A stretch of 64,000 nucleotides of DNA. Origin: Candidatus Eiseniibacteriota bacterium. GTDB lineage: Bacteria; Eisenbacteria; RBG-16-71-46. The stretch is from NCBI GenBank assembly GCA_963744995.1, contig CAVUWA010000010.1, positions 736,001 through 800,000 on the forward strand, read 5' to 3'. Positions 59,621 to 64,000 of this stretch are shown in pieces; positions within the stretch are counted from its first letter, which is position 1, and each line of letters begins with the position of its first letter. The notes beneath the pieces were generated by a model, which saw only the letters and a list, made by a program, of their open reading frames with translations, was not told the DNA's origin and searched no databases. The translations under genes and the position numbers were made by a program.

Positions 59621-62547
59621 GCGCGCGCGGCGGTACGGCGCAGCCCGGCCCGGCCGCGGCGCCCGGGCCGGAGCGGGGCCGGACGCCCCGCACGACGCCG
59701 CCCGCCAGCAGCTGCCGCCTCCAGCTCCACGCCGGCTTCGATTTCGACGACGCGGCGCGTATCGTGCCCTATCTCGCGCGGCTCGGCGTGGGCGCGGTCT
59801 ACACCTCGCCGCTGCTCGCCGCCGCGGCCGGCAGCACCCACGGATACGACATCGTCGATCACGCCCGCGTGAACCCCGAGCTCGGCGGCGAGGAGGGCTT
59901 CGACGCGTTCACGCGCACGCTGCGCGCACACGGTCTGGCGCTGATCATGGACTTCGTGCCCAACCACATGGGCGTCGAGGCCGCGCGCGCCAACCGCTGG
60001 TGGTGGGACGTCCTCGAGAACGGGACCGCATCGCGCTTCGCCCGCTACTTCGACATCGACTGGGCCCCGGTCAAGCGCGAGCTCGCGGGCCGCGTGCTGC
60101 TGCCGGTGCTCGGCGATGCTTACGGCCGCGTGCTCGAACGCGGCGAGCTCGCCCTCGAGACCGCGCCCGGCGGGCGGATCGACGTGCGCTACTTCGATCG
60201 CGCCTTCCCGCTCGATCCCGGCACGCTGCCGTCGCTGTTCGCGCCGGCCGCGCCGGGGCTCGCCGCCGTGCTCGGCGCGCGTCACCCCGCGGTGCAGGAA
60301 TGGATGAGCATTCTCGCGAGCCTCGACCACCTGCCGGGCCGCGATGCCGGCGGAGAAGTGCAGCGCGCCGAGCGCGAGCGCGAGGCGCACACGGCCCGCG
60401 CCCGCATCGCGCGCCTCATGGAGGACGTCCCTGAGATCGCCGTCCACGTGGCGGCGCGCATCGAGGCGGTGAACGGCGTGCCGGGCGATCCGGCGAGCTT
60501 CGACGCGCTGCACGCGCTGCTCGACGCCCAGGCCTACCGGCTCGCGCACTGGCGGACCTCGTTCCACGAGATCAACTACCGGCGCTTCTTCGACGTCAAC
60601 GGTCTCGCCGCGCTGCGCATGGAGGAACCGGACGTGTTCGACGCCACGCACGCGCGGGTGCTCGAGTGGGTGCGGCAGGGACGCCTCGACGGGCTCCGGC
60701 TCGATCACGTGGACGGACTGTTCGACCCGGCGGCCTACCTCGCGCGCCTGCGTCGCGCGGTGGACGAGGCGCGCGGCGCCGGAACGCCGTTCTACCTCGT
60801 GGTCGAAAAGATCCTCTCGCCGGGCGAATCGCTGCGCCGCGACTGGCCGATCGACGGCACCACCGGCTACGACTTCATGAACGACGTCAACGGGTTGTTC
60901 GTGGACGGCACGGCCGAGCGTCGCATGACCGCGATCGCGCGCCGTTTCACCGGCGCCCGCGAACCGTTCGCGGATCTCGTCTACGAGGCCAAACGCGACG
61001 TCATGGACAGCACCCTCGCGAGCGAGCTCAACGTGCTGGCCCATGCGCTCAACGGCCTCTCCGAACGCTCGCGCCGCGATCGTGACTTCACCCTCAACAG
61101 CCTGCGCACGATGCTGCGCGAGGTGGTGGCCTGCTTCCCGGTCTACCGCACCTACCTCGCCCCCGGCGAGACGGACGCGGACGACGCGCGGGTCGTGCGC
61201 CACGCGATCGCCACCGCGCAGCGCCGCAACCCCGACACCGACCCGTCGATCTTCGGCTTTCTCGATCGCGTGCTGCTCGGCGGCGACGACGCGATCGCGG
61301 ATCCCGCCGAAGCGGCGCGCCGGCGGCGCTTCGCCATGCAGTTCCAGCAGTTCACCGGGCCGGTCAAGGCCAAGGGGCTCGAGGACACGGCGTTCTACCG
61401 CAGTCACGTGCTGGTGTCGCTCGACGAGGTCGGCGGCGCGCCGCAGCGTTTCGGCCGCACACCCGCCGCGTTCCATGCGGCCAACGCCACCCGCCGCGAG
61501 GCATGGCCGGCGGCGATGCTGTGCACCGCGACGCACGACATGAAGCGCGGCGAGGACGTGCGGACCCGAATCGACGCGCTGTCGGAGATTCCGGACGCCT
61601 GGGCGCGCGAGGTGTTCCGCTGGACGCGCATCAACTCGAGCGCGCACACGCGACCGGACGACGGCGCACCCGCACCGGACCGCAGCGACGAGTACCTGTT
61701 CTACCAGACGCTGCTCGGCGCATGGCCGGCGGGTGCGGTGGACGCCGCGGCGCTCGCCGAGCGCCTCACGGCCTACATGCTCAAGGCGACGCGCGAGGCG
61801 AAGCGGCACACGAGCTGGATCCACCCGAACGCCGAATACGAGGACGCCACGCGGCGGTTCGTCACGCGCGTCCTCACCGGCCGCGTGGCGCGGCGCTTCC
61901 TGCCCGCGTTCGAGCCGTTCCAGCGCCGGATCGCCGCGGCCGGCATGGTGCAATCGCTCGCCCAGGTCGTGTTGAAAACCGCCGCTCCGGGCGTGCCCGA
62001 CTTCTACCAGGGCACCGAGGGCTGGGACCTGTCGCTGGTGGACCCGGACAACCGCCGCCCGGTGGACTTCGCCGCCCGGGCCCGTGCGCTCGATGCGCTC
62101 GAGCCGCTGCTCGACGGGGCGCCTCCGGCCGAGGCGCTCGCGGCCCTGCTCGCGACGTGGCCTGACGGCCGGGTGAAGACGTTCGTGACCGCGGCCGCGC
62201 TCAGGACCCGCGCCGCACGAGCCGCGCTGTTCCTCGAGGGCGACTACCTGCCCGTTCACGCGGCGGGCGAACATGCGGCGCACGTGGTCGCGTTCGCCCG
62301 CACGCGCCACGGCGAGGCCGCGCTGGCCCTGGCCCCGCGGCTGGTACTCGGCCTGTCGGACGACGCGCCGCCCCTCGGCGAGATCTGGGGTGATACGCGT
62401 CTCGTGCTGCCGGAGGCGATCGCCGGCCGCCGCTTGCGCGACGCATTCGGCGGCGCGACACTGCCCGCCGCTTCCGGTGGACCGCGGCTGGCGGATCTCC
62501 TCCGCCATTTCCCGGCCGCCCTGTTCGTCACCGAGACGAGATCATGA
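59617..62547 (+). CDS. treY: Malto-oligosyltrehalose synthase
   Basis: GSTHGYD, DFVPNHM, INYRRFFD, LRLDHVDGL, VEKIL, THDMKRGEDVR, SLVDPDNRRPVD. Confidence 0.96.
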   Translation: MSARGGTAQPGPAAAPGPERGRTPRTTPPASSCRLQLHAGFDFDDAARIVPYLARLGVGAVYTSPLLAAAAGSTHGYDIVDHARVNPELGGEEGFDAFTRTLRAHGLALIMDFVPNHMGVEAARANRWWWDVLENGTASRFARYFDIDWAPVKRELAGRVLLPVLGDAYGRVLERGELALETAPGGRIDVRYFDRAFPLDPGTLPSLFAPAAPGLAAVLGARHPAVQEWMSILASLDHLPGRDAGGEVQRAEREREAHTARARIARLMEDVPEIAVHVAARIEAVNGVPGDPASFDALHALLDAQAYRLAHWRTSFHEINYRRFFDVNGLAALRMEEPDVFDATHARVLEWVRQGRLDGLRLDHVDGLFDPAAYLARLRRAVDEARGAGTPFYLVVEKILSPGESLRRDWPIDGTTGYDFMNDVNGLFVDGTAERRMTAIARRFTGAREPFADLVYEAKRDVMDSTLASELNVLAHALNGLSERSRRDRDFTLNSLRTMLREVVACFPVYRTYLAPGETDADDARVVRHAIATAQRRNPDTDPSIFGFLDRVLLGGDDAIADPAEAARRRRFAMQFQQFTGPVKAKGLEDTAFYRSHVLVSLDEVGGAPQRFGRTPAAFHAANATRREAWPAAMLCTATHDMKRGEDVRTRIDALSEIPDAWAREVFRWTRINSSAHTRPDDGAPAPDRSDEYLFYQTLLGAWPAGAVDAAALAERLTAYMLKATREAKRHTSWIHPNAEYEDATRRFVTRVLTGRVARRFLPAFEPFQRRIAAAGMVQSLAQVVLKTAAPGVPDFYQGTEGWDLSLVDPDNRRPVDFAARARALDALEPLLDGAPPAEALAALLATWPDGRVKTFVTAAALRTRAARAALFLEGDYLPVHAAGEHAAHVVAFARTRHGEAALALAPRLVLGLSDDAPPLGEIWGDTRLVLPEAIAGRRLRDAFGGATLPAASGGPRLADLLRHFPAALFVTETRS

Positions 62548-63335
62548 GCAGCCGCATCTGGTGGGGTGAAACGCGGATCCCGGTCGGCACCACGACGCGC
62601 TGGTGCGTCGGACCGCTGACGTTCTGGATCCATCGCCGCGCGGGCGAGTGGCGCGTCGCGCGCGACGAAGATCCTGGTGCGCCGCTCGACCGGCTCCTGG
62701 TCGCGAGCCCCGAGGGCGCAGACGACCTGTGGCTCAGGAAGGACGTCCTGCGCTTCGCCCTCGGCGTCGAAGCCGCTGACACGGTGCAGCTCACGCCGCA
62801 GCTCGCGGACCGCGGCGTGGTGACGAAGCCCGACCGCACGCTGCTGATCCCGCCCGACACGGACATGAACGTCTACGTGAGCAGCCCCCTGTGGGTCGCG
62901 ATCGCGGCGTCGGGACGCGAACTGACCTCCTTCCCCATTCTCACCCCGTTCGAAACCTGGTTCGGACCGTCGCCGCGCGAGGGCGAGCTGTGTTACGCGA
63001 CCCACACCTCGTGCCGATTGCGCTGGGACGACGGTCTGTATCGCCCCTACCGCGCGCTGACCGCGGTCCGGGTCATGAACCGCAGCCGCAAGCCGCAGCC
63101 GTTCGACCGGATCAGGGTGCCCGTCAACCTGCTGGCACTGTACGTCGCGCCCGACGGCACGCTATGGTCACAGGACGTGATGCTCAGCGTGGGCCCGGAC
63201 GGCACGCGTTCGCCGCTCCAGATCCAGCAGGGTCCGCCCGGCACCCTGGGCGGACTCACGGTCGTCTCGAACGCACGCGAAGTCGTGACCGAGCGGAACC
63301 TCGCGCGCACGTTCGGCGTCTGGCTGCCGCGGTAG
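62544..63335 (+). CDS. Conserved hypothetical protein (possibly DUF432-like)
   Basis: ATGA overlap with treY; LADRGVV, TWFGP...GELCYA motif. Family call from memory and uncertain. Confidence 0.7.
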   Translation: MSSRIWWGETRIPVGTTTRWCVGPLTFWIHRRAGEWRVARDEDPGAPLDRLLVASPEGADDLWLRKDVLRFALGVEAADTVQLTPQLADRGVVTKPDRTLLIPPDTDMNVYVSSPLWVAIAASGRELTSFPILTPFETWFGPSPREGELCYATHTSCRLRWDDGLYRPYRALTAVRVMNRSRKPQPFDRIRVPVNLLALYVAPDGTLWSQDVMLSVGPDGTRSPLQIQQGPPGTLGGLTVVSNAREVVTERNLARTFGVWLPR

Positions 63336-63357
63336 CCGTCAACCGTCGAGGTCGCAC

Positions 63358-64000
63358 TTGAACGATCTGCTGCACTGGCTGAAGGACGCGCGGCTGGGCC
63401 TCGAGGCACTGGCGATCCTCGGGATCGCCTGGGTGCTCACGCGCTTCGTCGGCGGCTGGATCCGGCGTTCGCCGCTCGCCGCGCAGCAGCGGCTGGTGCT
63501 CACGCGCCTCGTCAACACGGTGGTCCTCGGACTCGCCGTGGCCGGGGCGCTGAGCACGTTCGGGCTCAAGCTCGGCGTGCTGCTCGGCGCCGCCGGCATC
63601 GTCACCATCGCGCTCGGCTTCGCGGCGCAGACCTCGGTATCGAATCTCATCAGCGGCATCTTCCTGATGGCCGAGCAGCCGTTCGTGATCGGCGACGTCA
63701 TCGAGGTCGACGGCACGACCGGCGAAGTGCTGGCGATCGACCTGATCTCGGTCAGGCTGCGCACGTTCGACAACATCCTCGTGCGGATCCCCAACGAGAC
63801 GATGCTCAAGGCGAACGTCCGCAACATCACCCACTTTCCGATCCGCCGCGCCGAGATCACGATCGGCGTCGCCTATCGCGAGGACCTGCCCCGCGTGAAG
63901 GCGCTGCTGCTCGAGATCGCCGACCGCAATCCGCTCGCGCTGCGCGAGCCGGCGCCGCTGGTGATCTACACGGGCTTCGCCGATTCGGCGATCACCATGC
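63358..64000 (+). CDS. mscS: MscS family mechanosensitive channel, partial (3' end off window)
   Basis: Not in the ORF track; hand translation gives LLGAAGIVTIALGFAAQTSVSNLISGIFL...PFVIGDVI...LRTFDNILVRIPN. Confidence 0.93.
   Translation, partial: MNDLLHWLKDARLGLEALAILGIAWVLTRFVGGWIRRSPLAAQQRLVLTRLVNTVVLGLAVAGALSTFGLKLGVLLGAAGIVTIALGFAAQTSVSNLISGIFLMAEQPFVIGDVIEVDGTTGEVLAIDLISVRLRTFDNILVRIPNETMLKANVRNITHFPIRRAEITIGVAYREDLPRVKALLLEIADRNPLALREPAPLVIYTGFADSAITM

Noticed and set aside
59314..62508. Very long antisense or alternate-frame ORFs (also 33122-36364 +, 39448-42225 -, 14491-16923 +, 5207-7417 -)
   Set aside because: Shadow ORFs of well-supported genes, caused by high GC and codon bias; Arg/Ala/Gly-rich with no motifs.

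Overview
High-GC bacterial chromosomal window with about 47 CDS and no rRNA, tRNA, CRISPR, integrase or transposase that I can see. Three exported proteins carry a PNP...FlgD/T9SS-like C-terminal tail, and there are futalosine-pathway mqnC/mqnD genes and a kinase-PD40 protein. This suggests an FCB-related lineage such as Ca. Eisenbacteria (inference only). Content: fatty-acid genes (thiolase, RMDN/PTPIP51-like TPR protein, acyl-CoA synthetase), PiT-DUF47, DUF885, a Zn-ribbon/cold-shock fusion, mrfA-methyltransferase-mrfB, a tandem pair of unknown exported paralogues, housekeeping genes (nnr, trxA, rhomboid, M24 peptidase, hflX fusion, mqnD, mqnC), large secreted proteins, and a trehalose/alpha-glucan cluster (treS, GT2, mak, glgX, glgE, glgB, treZ, treY, mscS). 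Most notable: (1) a 3.38 kb atypical insert flanked by a 309-bp direct repeat of the treS 3' end (2 synonymous mismatches), which creates an in-frame metallopeptidase-TreS chimeric ORF; (2) a consensus promoter, structured ~200-nt leader and intrinsic terminator upstream of the Zn-ribbon/cold-shock gene (candidate attenuator); (3) a rod-shaped 6S-like ncRNA candidate at about 3714-3882. All family calls come from motif recognition by eye, not from database searches.
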